Shown here: one piece after another, positions 1-8,853 of the stretch | How the letters are laid out: each line of letters opens with the position of its first letter | Position numbering within the stretch: the first letter of the stretch is position 1 | From: Candidatus Syntropharchaeum butanivorans | Lineage (GTDB): Archaea > Halobacteriota > Syntropharchaeia > Syntropharchaeales > Syntropharchaeaceae | Length of the DNA stretch: 64,000 bases | Direction of reading: 5' to 3' | Assembly: GCA_001766825.1 (NCBI GenBank) | Contig: LYOR01000001.1 | Location: 287,746 to 351,745 of the forward strand | The notes under the pieces: generated by a model | Database searches by the model: none | What the model was told of the DNA's origin: nothing | Seen by the model: only the letters and a program-made list of their open reading frames with translations | Position numbers and translations under genes: made by a program

Positions 1-1
1 C

Positions 2-331
2 ATCGTCGATACATTCTCATTTTTTCTGGAGCTCAACGTTGATTCTTTCAGGATAATAAAGCTTGTCAACCTGATTTATGAGATCGTGAAAGAGTGTGGA
101 GGGCTTGCCTTTCTCTTTGTTCTCAGCGAGACGCATGACAGGAAGATTGAGAATGAGATCATGAACATCGCGGATGTTATCTTCAAGGTGGATATCGAAC
201 GTGTGGGGCACAGGATGAACAACCGGTTCTCGATCACGAAGGTCCGGGGGATGTCTCCGATACCAGAGTTCATCAAGTTCAGGGTTGGTCCCCAGGGCAT
301 TGAGATCGATACCTCGAGGGATATTGCGTGA
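2..331 (+). CDS. KaiC/RecA-superfamily ATPase, C-terminal fragment (5' end lies outside the window)
   Basis: Frame 2 is open from the window edge to TGA at 329-331. The translated tail IVDTFSFFL...ADVIFKVDIERVGHRMNNRFSITKVRGMSPIPEFIKFRVGPQGIEI resembles the C-terminal strands of archaeal KaiC-like/RadB-type ATPases. Its stop overlaps the next start (GTGA). Confidence 0.45.
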   Translation: MVDTFSFFLELNVDSFRIIKLVNLIYEIVKECGGLAFLFVLSETHDRKIENEIMNIADVIFKVDIERVGHRMNNRFSITKVRGMSPIPEFIKFRVGPQGIEIDTSRDIA

Positions 332-1143
332 TCAGAGCAGAGCGTGTTGCGATAGTTGCAAGAGATGACCTCTCCACAATGGCAGAGAAGGTCTTTAAGC
401 GAATCAAAGACAGGGTCGATGTAGTGGCAGACCCTAAGACCGCATACAGGCTGGGAACAAGAGGTGTTGCGATCCAGGACATGGACGTTGATATGGTGAT
501 CTGCATCGGTGGGGATGGAACGATCCTGAGAACACTTGCATCGATCGAGAGACCTGTTCCGGTTCTTGGTATCGGGATGGGTACGATTGGGTTTCTCGCT
601 GCACTCACACCTGAGGAGGCCCTGGATAATCTCTGTAAGGTCATCGATGGGTTTGAGGTCGAAGAGCGCACGAGACTTGATGTGATCGTGGATGGGGAGA
701 GACAGCCCCCTGCGATGAATGAGATCGTTGTTCTGACCATGCGACCTGCAAAGATGATACACTTCTCCATCTTTATAAATGAAGAGGAGTTTGAGGACCT
801 GAGGGCGGACGGGGTTGTATTCTCAACACCGACAGGTTCAACCGCCTACTCAATGAGTGCAGGGGGTCCGATCGTTGACCCCGGGATTGACTGCACGATT
901 ATCGTCCCACTTGCACCCTTCAAGCTCTCAGCTCGCCCCGCGGTTGTTTCAGGATCAGGCAGGATCAGGCTTGAGCTTCTTGATCCGGAGAAGGATGCGA
1001 TGCTTGTGATAGATGGTGAGGCAAAGCGGTCGATAAAGCAGGGTGATAGGGTCGAGATTGTAAGGTCCAGTCGACCTGCGCTCTTTGTGAAGGCACACGA
1101 GAGCTTCTTCTCCAGGGTCAGAAATAAGTTAATGAGAATGTGA
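328..1143 (+). CDS. nadK: NAD kinase
   Basis: 271-aa ORF with the GGDGT motif (ICIGGDGTILR) and the FSTPTGSTAYSMSAGGPIV block typical of PpnK/NadK. Confidence 0.9.
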   Translation: MIRAERVAIVARDDLSTMAEKVFKRIKDRVDVVADPKTAYRLGTRGVAIQDMDVDMVICIGGDGTILRTLASIERPVPVLGIGMGTIGFLAALTPEEALDNLCKVIDGFEVEERTRLDVIVDGERQPPAMNEIVVLTMRPAKMIHFSIFINEEEFEDLRADGVVFSTPTGSTAYSMSAGGPIVDPGIDCTIIVPLAPFKLSARPAVVSGSGRIRLELLDPEKDAMLVIDGEAKRSIKQGDRVEIVRSSRPALFVKAHESFFSRVRNKLMRM

Positions 1144-1839
1144 GTTAGACTCACTCAGACTCATATATGCCCTTATAAGCGGTTTTAAGATGTTCTTTGC
1201 CGCAATAAGATCGTGATATGCGTCTCTAAAGCACCTGTTAGCATTAACCAGATCTCCTTTTTCATAGAACCAGACACCGCGGTTGTATTCATCCCTTGCA
1301 GCCTCAATGTGGTGATTAAATCGTGATAGCTCCAACCGGAGGTCTCTGGCATCAACGCCCCGCCTCTCAAGTGCCCTGATCCTATCATTCATCCTCTCTG
1401 AGAACTCCTCCATTCTCTCAAGATTTCTTGAGAGGTGCCTCTGCATGATGAAGACCTTAGCGTATCTTGTATCCCCTCTAACCCTGACCCAGGTGGACCC
1501 AAGATCTCTTGCAACTGCAAGAATTTCTTCTTTACTCCTGGCCTTCTCAAGCTCGAGCTTAAGCGACTCAAGCTCATCGATATCTGCCTGAAGATCGTCG
1601 GATCCCACAGGAGGGTTCTCTCCACGTGCCTCAAGCATCTCGATCCTGCTCTTTATCACCTCAAGATATGCGATCGTGTGGTTTAAAGCCAGGTTAAGAC
1701 GTGCTCTTGTAGCTTCTATCTGATCTCTGGCACCTTTACCCCAGTGCCCGGGGTGTGCTGAGGTGATCCAGGGTCCCAGTGTAGCAGCAGCAAGCAGGAT
1801 CACCGCGAGTATGGAGACAACCCTTGAGCTTCGTCTCAT
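1129..1839 (-). CDS. secreted or membrane-anchored coiled-coil protein, unknown function
   Basis: 236-aa ORF. It has an N-terminal hydrophobic segment (VVSILAVILLAAATLG) followed by long Glu/Arg/Leu-rich helical sequence. No family recognised. Confidence 0.5.
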   Translation of the reverse strand: MRRSSRVVSILAVILLAAATLGPWITSAHPGHWGKGARDQIEATRARLNLALNHTIAYLEVIKSRIEMLEARGENPPVGSDDLQADIDELESLKLELEKARSKEEILAVARDLGSTWVRVRGDTRYAKVFIMQRHLSRNLERMEEFSERMNDRIRALERRGVDARDLRLELSRFNHHIEAARDEYNRGVWFYEKGDLVNANRCFRDAYHDLIAAKNILKPLIRAYMSLSESNSHSH

Positions 1840-1908
1840 CTCATCAACCTAAATTAATAGAGGACGGGAAGAGATAAATACTTCCCGCCAGCATGTGGAA
1901 TCCAGCCC

Positions 1909-2454
1909 TTATTCATGGAACAAGCCCCAGGCTCGATTCTTTCTCTCATGCATCATCCCAGGTGGCCCCATGGGGTGTACTTCATAGGGCTCGTCATAGG
2001 GCTCAACCTCTGTGTTCTCCCATGTTCTCCACTTCCCGATCTCCCAGTCACCGGATCCTCTTATTATCGCCATACCCTCGCCCCGGGCCGCAAGTCTACC
2101 TATCCCCTTTGCAAATACCGTCATATCCTCGCCCTTAACAATGGCAACACCCCTGCCACGGTATATCGTAACAAAGGGACCGAGCCTTATCACCTTCCCC
2201 CGACCATCTGTATGGGTATCAACGTCCTTCCCGACGACGATCAGCTGACCGGTCCCGTTCAATGCAACGGTGCCTGTACCCTCAAGAAGTGCACGTCCTC
2301 TGCCTTCTGCATATATCCATCCATCTCCTGCCACACGACCATCGCCTGATGTATCCTCGACCGCGAGTGCAGGGTATGCACCCACCACCAGGATCATCAG
2401 TGTGGCAAGTGCGGCAAGAGCTGCGGTACCAGATCTTCTCACATTCTTTTTCAT
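1909..2454 (-). CDS. secreted Gly-rich repeat protein, unknown function
   Basis: 181-aa ORF. The N-terminus looks like a signal peptide (KKNVRRSGTAALAALATLMILVVGAYPALA). It is followed by degenerate G-x-G/R-G-x-A repeats (AEGRGRALLEGTGTVALNGTG, YRGRGVAIVKGED, ARGEGMAIIRGSG). Confidence 0.5.
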   Translation of the reverse strand: MKKNVRRSGTAALAALATLMILVVGAYPALAVEDTSGDGRVAGDGWIYAEGRGRALLEGTGTVALNGTGQLIVVGKDVDTHTDGRGKVIRLGPFVTIYRGRGVAIVKGEDMTVFAKGIGRLAARGEGMAIIRGSGDWEIGKWRTWENTEVEPYDEPYEVHPMGPPGMMHERKNRAWGLFHE

Positions 2455-2602
2455 ACAGCATCCCTCCGTTTTGTTTTCGGGGTTTTATCCCCGAAACGAG
2501 TGTGTATTTTGAATAAAATAAGTATACTTACTCTAAAGATTAAAATAACCCTTTATGACCCTTTAAAATACTTTATAAAGCTTTATGAGCGGTTTTTAAG
2601 CT

Positions 2603-5600
2603 TCATGTTCCCCTGCTCATCCACTCCCTCACATAATCATCCGATCCAAGATCAAGCCGCGGGATGCGCTCGGTTGAGACCTTCTTGAGAACTCCGAAGA
2701 ACTCCTCCTCCACCCGTGCTTTTGCAGCCTCATCCCTGCCCTCAACCCTGCATATTACCATGGGCTGGGTGTTCGACTTCCTGATCAACGCCTGGCCCAC
2801 CCAGCCCTTATCATCGTACCACCTTATGATTCCACCATCCGTCCTATCGATCTCAAACCCCATTGCTTCAAAGATCTCAAGCGCCTTTCTCACAACCTCC
2901 TCCTTCTCATCGAGGTGGTTTGTAGGGAGCCTTATATTAATCTCAGGGGTTGCAGGGTATCTCGGGACCTCCTCGTCAAGATCGATGAACGTCCTGCCAC
3001 GCCGTTTTGCCTTTGCAATAACACTCAGGATCTTCACCGCTGCAAGTGTCCCATCATCAAACATCCAGTTCTCCTCCTGTCCTGACATCTGATGCCCTGA
3101 AAGCTCTGCTGCAAGAACCACTCCCTCCTCCCCCTTCTCCTTTGAGGCCAGGTATATCTCCTTCATCCGCTCCTTTATGAAGGCAAATCCAGTTGGAGAC
3201 ATGATATAGATCCCTCCATGGGAGGTTATAAACTCCTCAGTGACCCTTGAGAACTTTACCTCTCCCATAAACCTGGGAACCTTTCCCTTCTTCCTGTACT
3301 CCTCTATTATATCCTTTGCCTGGATTGCAAGCGTCCTATCTCCCTCAACGACCCTGCCATCTGATCTCACAAATATCACCCGATCCCCATCCTCATCATG
3401 ACCGAACCCAACGACCTCCTTCTCCTTCTCGCTCTCAGCAACCTTAACAGTTAACTCCTCAAGCTGTCTCCGGTACTTCGCCTTTATTGGATCTGGATGG
3501 TGTGCCGGAAACCTACCATCAGGTGTCTCATTAAGCCCCACGACCTCACAGCCCAGGTTCAGATATACGCTCTTTGTTCTCCACGTGGACCCGTTCCCGA
3601 AGTCTATAACTACCTTAAGACCATCAAGCGGGGCAGCAACCGCGGTCTCCGGCATCTCAATCTCATCCGGTATCCTGAGCCTCTTTTTGATCTCCTGCCA
3701 CCGCTTACCATCTGCTTTTCCTGGAAACTCGATTTCTGCCAGTGTATCAAGGAGTTCTTTCAGATCCCACTCCCTCAAGAGGTGTATCCATATCTCCCGC
3801 CCCAGCCTGCAGTTTGATTCAACGAGAAGGTTGTGATACCGGGGGATAAGCCCATCCTTGACCTTAACACGCTCCCCCTTTCCATAGAGAAAGTCAGATC
3901 CGAGGATTATCCGTTTTATCTCAAGCATCTGGTCTGCATTTATGCTCATTATAAACTCATCGTCGCTTCTTATCACCTGCTTGAGCCCGTTGTAGATTGC
4001 CTCATTGTGGGATGCTGTTATATTTATCCCACCATCTGCATGAAGGAAGGGGATTGCAAAGTAAAGTTCAGGGGTTGAGGTTATCCCGATATCATAGACG
4101 TTGACCCCACTTGAGCGGATCCCATCGATCAATGCCTTTCTTATCCGTTCTGTCGAGAGCCTTATCCCCCCTCCAACACATACCCAGTGCTCACTCTCCT
4201 CTCCCCTCTCACGCCTGAGGTACGTACCATACCCCTTTCCAAGGTAGTAGCATATCCTGTCCGGAAGCATCGTCTCAGGGGCCCTGACATCGTATGTCTG
4301 GAAGATCACAGGGTCTATATGCGAGGGGGTGCGAAGGTACGACTTTAAGACCTTCCCGTTTGATCTGAGCATGTATGAGGTGATTGAGGCAGGAATGAGA
4401 GCCGTCTCACCTGTGCTTAACCGCTCTTTCCTCCCATTATACTCGATCTCAGCCTCTCCTTCGATACACGTCAGCGTGTGGAATGATCCCTTCGTCTCCT
4501 GCAGACCGCTTGATGCGAGAGAGAGTGTGAAATAAACCGTATCAAGGAGCACGGTCTCACCATCAATCTCCCTTGGAGTCTGCTTCAGGCTCTCTGCATC
4601 CTGGTCGGTGATAGATACAAGACATGCCTTATCGAGATGGGTCTCTCGCTGCCGTCCCCAGTCCCAGACCCGGTAGGTGAGGTCAGAGGACTCCTGTATC
4701 TCAAAAAGATGGGTCCCCGCACCTATCGCATGTAGCGTTCCTGGGGGAACGAGAAAGACGTCCCCTTTCTTGATCTCAACCCCGTGGAGAACGTCCTCAC
4801 AGATCTCAGAAAGATCAGCGATCTGTCTTCTCAGAGAGAGGTATATCTTTGCACCCGGCTCTGCATCTATCACGTACCATCCTTCTGTCTTTCCGGGTTC
4901 AGGCTCTCCAAGCCGTGCTGCATCATCATCTGATGGATGCACCTGGACAGAGAGGTTCTCCCTTGCATAGATGAACTTGAGGATTACAGGAAACTCCCCC
5001 CTGAAATCTCTGTAGAGTTGATCCCCGATAATCTCCTCCCCCCGGTGGTTCAGGAGATGAATAAGCGATACATCGATCTCACCTACCTTTATCATCGATG
5101 GATTTTTTGGATGGCCCGAGCAGATCCAGGACTCGCTGCCCCATGGCTTTTCAAGGGTTGAGCCGCTCAGCCTTATGACTGAGCGGCTTAACTGCTCGAA
5201 TTTATCCCCGAGATTGAGCCTCCAGTATCTCTCCCAGGTCTCCCTCTCTCGAAGTGTATCATCGATTGGGACATCTCTCATGAGATGCTCAAGCTCACGG
5301 TATGAGTAAGGATTTGGAAGAAGTCTCATGTCCCAATCCTTCTTCCCGTCCCGTAGAATCCCCCTTTTCATCCTGATCTTACCTTTCATCGGGTGAAAGA
5401 GATCAGCAACCACGTTCTCATCCCCAAGATCAAACCCTGAAAGCTCGATGCAGTTGTAAATAAGGGACTTATTACCGCTAACACCCCTTATCATACTCGA
5501 TATTACGACGCATTCATTGAGATCTGAGTCCTCAACCCTGCTATCAACGACGACACACCCCCTGAGCATGCCTTCGACCTCAGAACCAATGATCCCGGAG

Positions 5601-6664
5601 CTATCTGCCCTGAAGAACGCTCGCATCACCTCCCCCTCCTCTGTATCCTGCGTGAGCTTGAGGAGGTGCTCGTGGTAGAGTATGGGCTGTCCGAGGTCCC
5701 ACCAGTACGTACCTGCTCCCATATCCTTATCACCGAAGATCGCACCTTTTGAGTCGAACCTCTTTATAAGCGGCTCAACCCGCGCTCGCTTCTCAGGCTC
5801 AACCCTGTCAGGAGATGTGAGTGGCATCCAGAGATCAGGGTCTGTATCAAGCTTCCTTCGCTCCTCCAGGTCCTTCTTAAACTCAGATAGAACCTCAATG
5901 AAGAACTCGTATGATATTGAGAAGCACCCAAGTCCCTTACCAATTATAATCCGTCCATCCTCCTGTTTTATCACACCATCCTCAACCAAACGCTCAAACT
6001 CATCCCAGCTCTGCTTCTCAAGCATCATACACCCATCTTCTCTCGGAATCACAAGACCATACGCCTGCCATTCACGCTCCCATTCCTCACGAGTATCTGG
6101 AGCAGGCTTTCTTATCGTGAAGAGCTCAACATGATGCTTCCCCTCAAACTCCACATCACCCGAGGGGATGAAGATCTGATCTGCCCAGAATACACATATC
6201 CGCCCTTTTCTGGATGGTGCAAATATCGAGGACTGGTATATCACCGCCTCAAGCAGCCGCATCGGGACCTTTCTTCCAGAAAGATTGAGAAGTCCGGGAA
6301 GTTTAATACCCGCCTTATCATTTCCCTCAGATTGAACAAGCGGTGCCATCCGTTTCCCATACCCTGCGGTGTGATAGATTGCAATCTTCCCCCCTTGCCT
6401 GAGAAGTGATTCGAGATCCTCATACGCTGAGACCTTCTCCCACGCGTTCAACGTGCCAAGAAGCTGTCCAGCCTCCCACTCCTCAACAACACAGTATATC
6501 CTCGCATCTTTACCGATGATCTGATCCTTCACAGCCTCAAGTCTCTCCTTCCAGAATGCTGCCTGTTTATCACTCGATGTGACGATAATGACCAGATCAA
6601 ACCCCTCAGATCCCTGGATGATCTCATCCATCCGCTGGATGTGGGTATAATAGCAGGTGCTCAT
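2603..6664 (-). CDS. three-domain sugar-activation fusion: N-terminal nucleotidyltransferase-like domain + type I phosphomannose isomerase + phosphomanno/phosphoglucomutase
   Basis: Single 1353-aa ORF. Residues ~500-780 carry PMI cupin motifs (EKPWGSESW, LSVQVHPSDD, GKTEGWYVIDAEPGA, PPGTLHAIG). Residues ~785-1353 carry alpha-D-phosphohexomutase motifs (GGINITASHNEAIYNGLK with the catalytic Ser, AAELSGHQM). Residues 1-480 (DLVIIVTSSDKQAAFWKERLE, FWADQIFIPSGD) resemble the fucose-1-P guanylyltransferase-type pyrophosphorylase domain. Confidence 0.8.
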   Translation of the reverse strand: MSTCYYTHIQRMDEIIQGSEGFDLVIIVTSSDKQAAFWKERLEAVKDQIIGKDARIYCVVEEWEAGQLLGTLNAWEKVSAYEDLESLLRQGGKIAIYHTAGYGKRMAPLVQSEGNDKAGIKLPGLLNLSGRKVPMRLLEAVIYQSSIFAPSRKGRICVFWADQIFIPSGDVEFEGKHHVELFTIRKPAPDTREEWEREWQAYGLVIPREDGCMMLEKQSWDEFERLVEDGVIKQEDGRIIIGKGLGCFSISYEFFIEVLSEFKKDLEERRKLDTDPDLWMPLTSPDRVEPEKRARVEPLIKRFDSKGAIFGDKDMGAGTYWWDLGQPILYHEHLLKLTQDTEEGEVMRAFFRADSSGIIGSEVEGMLRGCVVVDSRVEDSDLNECVVISSMIRGVSGNKSLIYNCIELSGFDLGDENVVADLFHPMKGKIRMKRGILRDGKKDWDMRLLPNPYSYRELEHLMRDVPIDDTLRERETWERYWRLNLGDKFEQLSRSVIRLSGSTLEKPWGSESWICSGHPKNPSMIKVGEIDVSLIHLLNHRGEEIIGDQLYRDFRGEFPVILKFIYARENLSVQVHPSDDDAARLGEPEPGKTEGWYVIDAEPGAKIYLSLRRQIADLSEICEDVLHGVEIKKGDVFLVPPGTLHAIGAGTHLFEIQESSDLTYRVWDWGRQRETHLDKACLVSITDQDAESLKQTPREIDGETVLLDTVYFTLSLASSGLQETKGSFHTLTCIEGEAEIEYNGRKERLSTGETALIPASITSYMLRSNGKVLKSYLRTPSHIDPVIFQTYDVRAPETMLPDRICYYLGKGYGTYLRRERGEESEHWVCVGGGIRLSTERIRKALIDGIRSSGVNVYDIGITSTPELYFAIPFLHADGGINITASHNEAIYNGLKQVIRSDDEFIMSINADQMLEIKRIILGSDFLYGKGERVKVKDGLIPRYHNLLVESNCRLGREIWIHLLREWDLKELLDTLAEIEFPGKADGKRWQEIKKRLRIPDEIEMPETAVAAPLDGLKVVIDFGNGSTWRTKSVYLNLGCEVVGLNETPDGRFPAHHPDPIKAKYRRQLEELTVKVAESEKEKEVVGFGHDEDGDRVIFVRSDGRVVEGDRTLAIQAKDIIEEYRKKGKVPRFMGEVKFSRVTEEFITSHGGIYIMSPTGFAFIKERMKEIYLASKEKGEEGVVLAAELSGHQMSGQEENWMFDDGTLAAVKILSVIAKAKRRGRTFIDLDEEVPRYPATPEINIRLPTNHLDEKEEVVRKALEIFEAMGFEIDRTDGGIIRWYDDKGWVGQALIRKSNTQPMVICRVEGRDEAAKARVEEEFFGVLKKVSTERIPRLDLGSDDYVREWMSRGT

Positions 6665-6697
6665 GTCTTTATCTTGAGTTCAGATTAAAAAAATGTA

Positions 6698-6770
6698 CGC
6701 CCAGGTCGGGATTCGAACCCGAGTCGAAGCCTCGACAGGGCTCCATGATGGGCCACTACACTACCCGGGC
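6698..6770 (-). tRNA. tRNA-Asp (GTC)
   Basis: Minus-strand 73 nt: GCCCGGGTAGTGTAGTGGCCCATCATGGAGCCCTGTCGAGGCTTCGACTCGGGTTCGAATCCCGACCTGGGCG. The 7-bp acceptor stem is GCCCGGG/CCTGGGC, the anticodon loop is CTGTCGA, and the T-loop is GGTTCGAATCC. No CCA is encoded. Confidence 0.9.
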
Positions 6771-6800
6771 ATGGCTATAGTATCCACTGCCCGACCCTAT

Positions 6801-7187
6801 TTAAGTCTTTTCTCTTATAAAGAGTATATGGGTATTGCTCCAGGGCAGGGCCTCCTCTACCCCCATATAATCCTCTCTGCACTCATCACATAGATCCCTG
6901 AGTGATATTGAACCAACCTCTGACGTCCCGGGTATCGTTGAAGCATAAATTATCTCAGGGTCGAGCTCAAGCTCTGCTGCCGCCTCTCTGAGAGTCGGGG
7001 TGATCTTTGGCGCGAAGATCTCCACCTCCTCCATCTCAAGCCCTGCAGTAAAGATCGTGATGCCGGTGCATCCGCAGGCAAAAGAGGATGCACTGAGCTG
7101 TACAACCCAGACCGTTCTCCCTGTGAGCCTGCCAAGCTCCTTCTCAATCGAAGCTCTCCACTCAAGAAGTTTCGCCGGGAGTTTCAA
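6801..7187 (-). CDS. hypothetical Cys-containing protein, last gene of the McrA-like operon
   Basis: 128-aa ORF whose start overlaps the stop of the upstream U32-like gene by 26 nt. It contains CGC and CDEC motifs. No family recognised, and the start is uncertain. Confidence 0.45.
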   Translation of the reverse strand: MKLPAKLLEWRASIEKELGRLTGRTVWVVQLSASSFACGCTGITIFTAGLEMEEVEIFAPKITPTLREAAAELELDPEIIYASTIPGTSEVGSISLRDLCDECREDYMGVEEALPWSNTHILFIREKT

Positions 7188-8214
7188 TCTGTTTCATCTC
7201 CTCCCATGCTGTTCCTTTTCCAACGTAAACCCTCATAACGCGCGCTGCCAGATCCCTGCAGAACCCGCACCTGTGACAGATCTTATCACACCGTTTCCAC
7301 CGCTCCAGTGCGCCATCAAGCTCCTCGTTCGGGATGTAGAATAAGCTCCGCATGCTGCGCGAGTAGTCCAGGATGTTCAGGAGATTGCCGTGATAGCTCC
7401 GCTCTTTATAAGCTGCTATCGTCTCAATTATCCAGCTTACAGGCTGATTTCTACCACTTATCTTGAATGTATCGATCCCTATCTCCTCATAGGCTCCAAG
7501 GTCCTCTGGTCTCACCCAGTTTGCCTTCATGATAAGCCAGGGTTTCTTCACCCTCAATGACCTGCATCTTCGCTGGTAATAGCTGAATGAAATTCTCGGG
7601 TGGGGTGGGGGGCCTGATGTGTGGGATACAACGTTGAAGTCAAAAGGCCTGAACGGGCACTTGTAAAGGCACCCCTCGTTCACAAGAATCCTTATCTCAC
7701 AGGAGACAGCATCCACAATCGCTTCAAGCAGGCGAAAGTCCCTGTTTATACTCGTGTCAGGTGTGATTGCATCTGCCCCAAGCTCCTCATAGAATATGGC
7801 CTTCTCTGGAGAGTCCACAAATGAGATACATGATACAACCACATCGAATGAGAAGTTTTTCGATGCCACCTCGATCAGGTAGGGGTCAGCAAGTGTCACC
7901 GCATCAACACCACATGATGCAAGATCCTCAAAGTATCGCATGTAGAGATTTATACCCTCATCGGTGAGGTGTTTTCCACCCACACACGAGGCGTTCATCA
8001 GGACGTTTATCCTCACACCATGCCGGTGGCAAAGCTCGGTCTGACGCTCTATGAGATCGTGATCATGAGGTGCTTCCCCAAGCCCCTGCCTTCCCGTGGA
8101 TACGTAATCGGATGATCCTGCAATATATACCTCATAAAGGTCGCCTGATCTCGCCTCCAATATCTCCTTAGTCCCGTCAAGGTGCCCGGGCAGTGGTGCA
8201 CAGAGCTTCATCAA
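7162..8214 (-). CDS. peptidase U32 family protein (Fe-S-type, UbiU/RlhA/TrhP-like fold family)
   Basis: 350-aa ORF, colinear by eye with U32 proteins. Matching blocks are N-terminal KLCAPLPG...EVYIAG (cf. ELLCPAG...DAVYIG), GVDAVTLADPYLIE, VNEGCLYKCPF and TFKISGRNQP (cf. KIEGRQRSP). It also has a C-terminal CDKICHRCGFC Cys cluster. Confidence 0.75.
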   Translation of the reverse strand: MMKLCAPLPGHLDGTKEILEARSGDLYEVYIAGSSDYVSTGRQGLGEAPHDHDLIERQTELCHRHGVRINVLMNASCVGGKHLTDEGINLYMRYFEDLASCGVDAVTLADPYLIEVASKNFSFDVVVSCISFVDSPEKAIFYEELGADAITPDTSINRDFRLLEAIVDAVSCEIRILVNEGCLYKCPFRPFDFNVVSHTSGPPPHPRISFSYYQRRCRSLRVKKPWLIMKANWVRPEDLGAYEEIGIDTFKISGRNQPVSWIIETIAAYKERSYHGNLLNILDYSRSMRSLFYIPNEELDGALERWKRCDKICHRCGFCRDLAARVMRVYVGKGTAWEEMKQIETPGETS

Positions 8215-8250
8215 AAGGGTCCAGGCAAAAATAAGGGGAAAAATAAAGAT

Positions 8251-8847
8251 TCAGGGGTGGCCATCTGGCCACATCATCGCCCTTACTTCCTTCCCGAGAT
8301 CATCATCACACTCGGTCTTCCAGCGCTTACCGTGTGCGAGCATGATGATATCCTTGAAATCGATCATCGCCGTCATGTTACCTCTCAGCACCGGGCCACC
8401 GTAAATCTCGTTGATCTTTCCGCTATCACAGATCGGATCTGTCGGCCTCTTCTCCCCAAGCAGGATCTTCACCAGGTCGTAGTAGTCGATCCTGAAGATG
8501 CTGTCGACCTCAACACCTGATCCAGGCTCAGGTTCACCCTTTCTTATCCCACCGGGGGATATCATGAACCTGTTGTACTCAAGCCCTCGCTCAGGGTGCC
8601 AGGTCTCGATGAGGATCGATCTGGGCGGGAACCTCGAGGATACGATCGTACACTTCGGGTTTGGCACGATCATGTTGACGTAGAAGTCAAAGAGCAGCTC
8701 GTAAGATGTTGGCTCGTGGTCCTTCACCTGGATCCAGTCAACGTCCTTCCACCACCCATCAGGCAGGGGCGGTGTTGGGAGGAAGTGCCCAGGTTGATTC
8801 TCATAGTCTGTGGGTGCAACCTCTCCATAGTACACCATCGACATCAC
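8251..8847 (-). CDS. hypothetical protein with a possible SCP2-like C-terminal segment; McrA-like operon member
   Basis: 198-aa ORF starting 6 nt after the McrA-like stop. It has no McrG/McrC/McrD motifs. The C-terminal DSIFRIDYYDLVKILLGEKRPTDPICDSGKI...LRGNMTAMIDFKDI loosely follows the SCP2 pattern (D..l..s..dl.kll.Gkl.p..Af..GKl...Gdm..a.k). Confidence 0.6.
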   Translation of the reverse strand: MMSMVYYGEVAPTDYENQPGHFLPTPPLPDGWWKDVDWIQVKDHEPTSYELLFDFYVNMIVPNPKCTIVSSRFPPRSILIETWHPERGLEYNRFMISPGGIRKGEPEPGSGVEVDSIFRIDYYDLVKILLGEKRPTDPICDSGKINEIYGGPVLRGNMTAMIDFKDIIMLAHGKRWKTECDDDLGKEVRAMMWPDGHP

Positions 8848-8853
8848 CTCCTC

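Noticed and set aside
2455-2602. Repeated CTTTAT(G/A)A motifs in the AT-rich spacer (ccCTTTATGAccCTTTAAAATACTTTATAAAGCTTTATGAgc)
   Set aside because: The copies are short, degenerate and confined to a promoter/terminator spacer between two minus-strand genes. They are most simply TATA-box-like AT-rich sequence, and there is not enough regularity to call a repeat element or operator.
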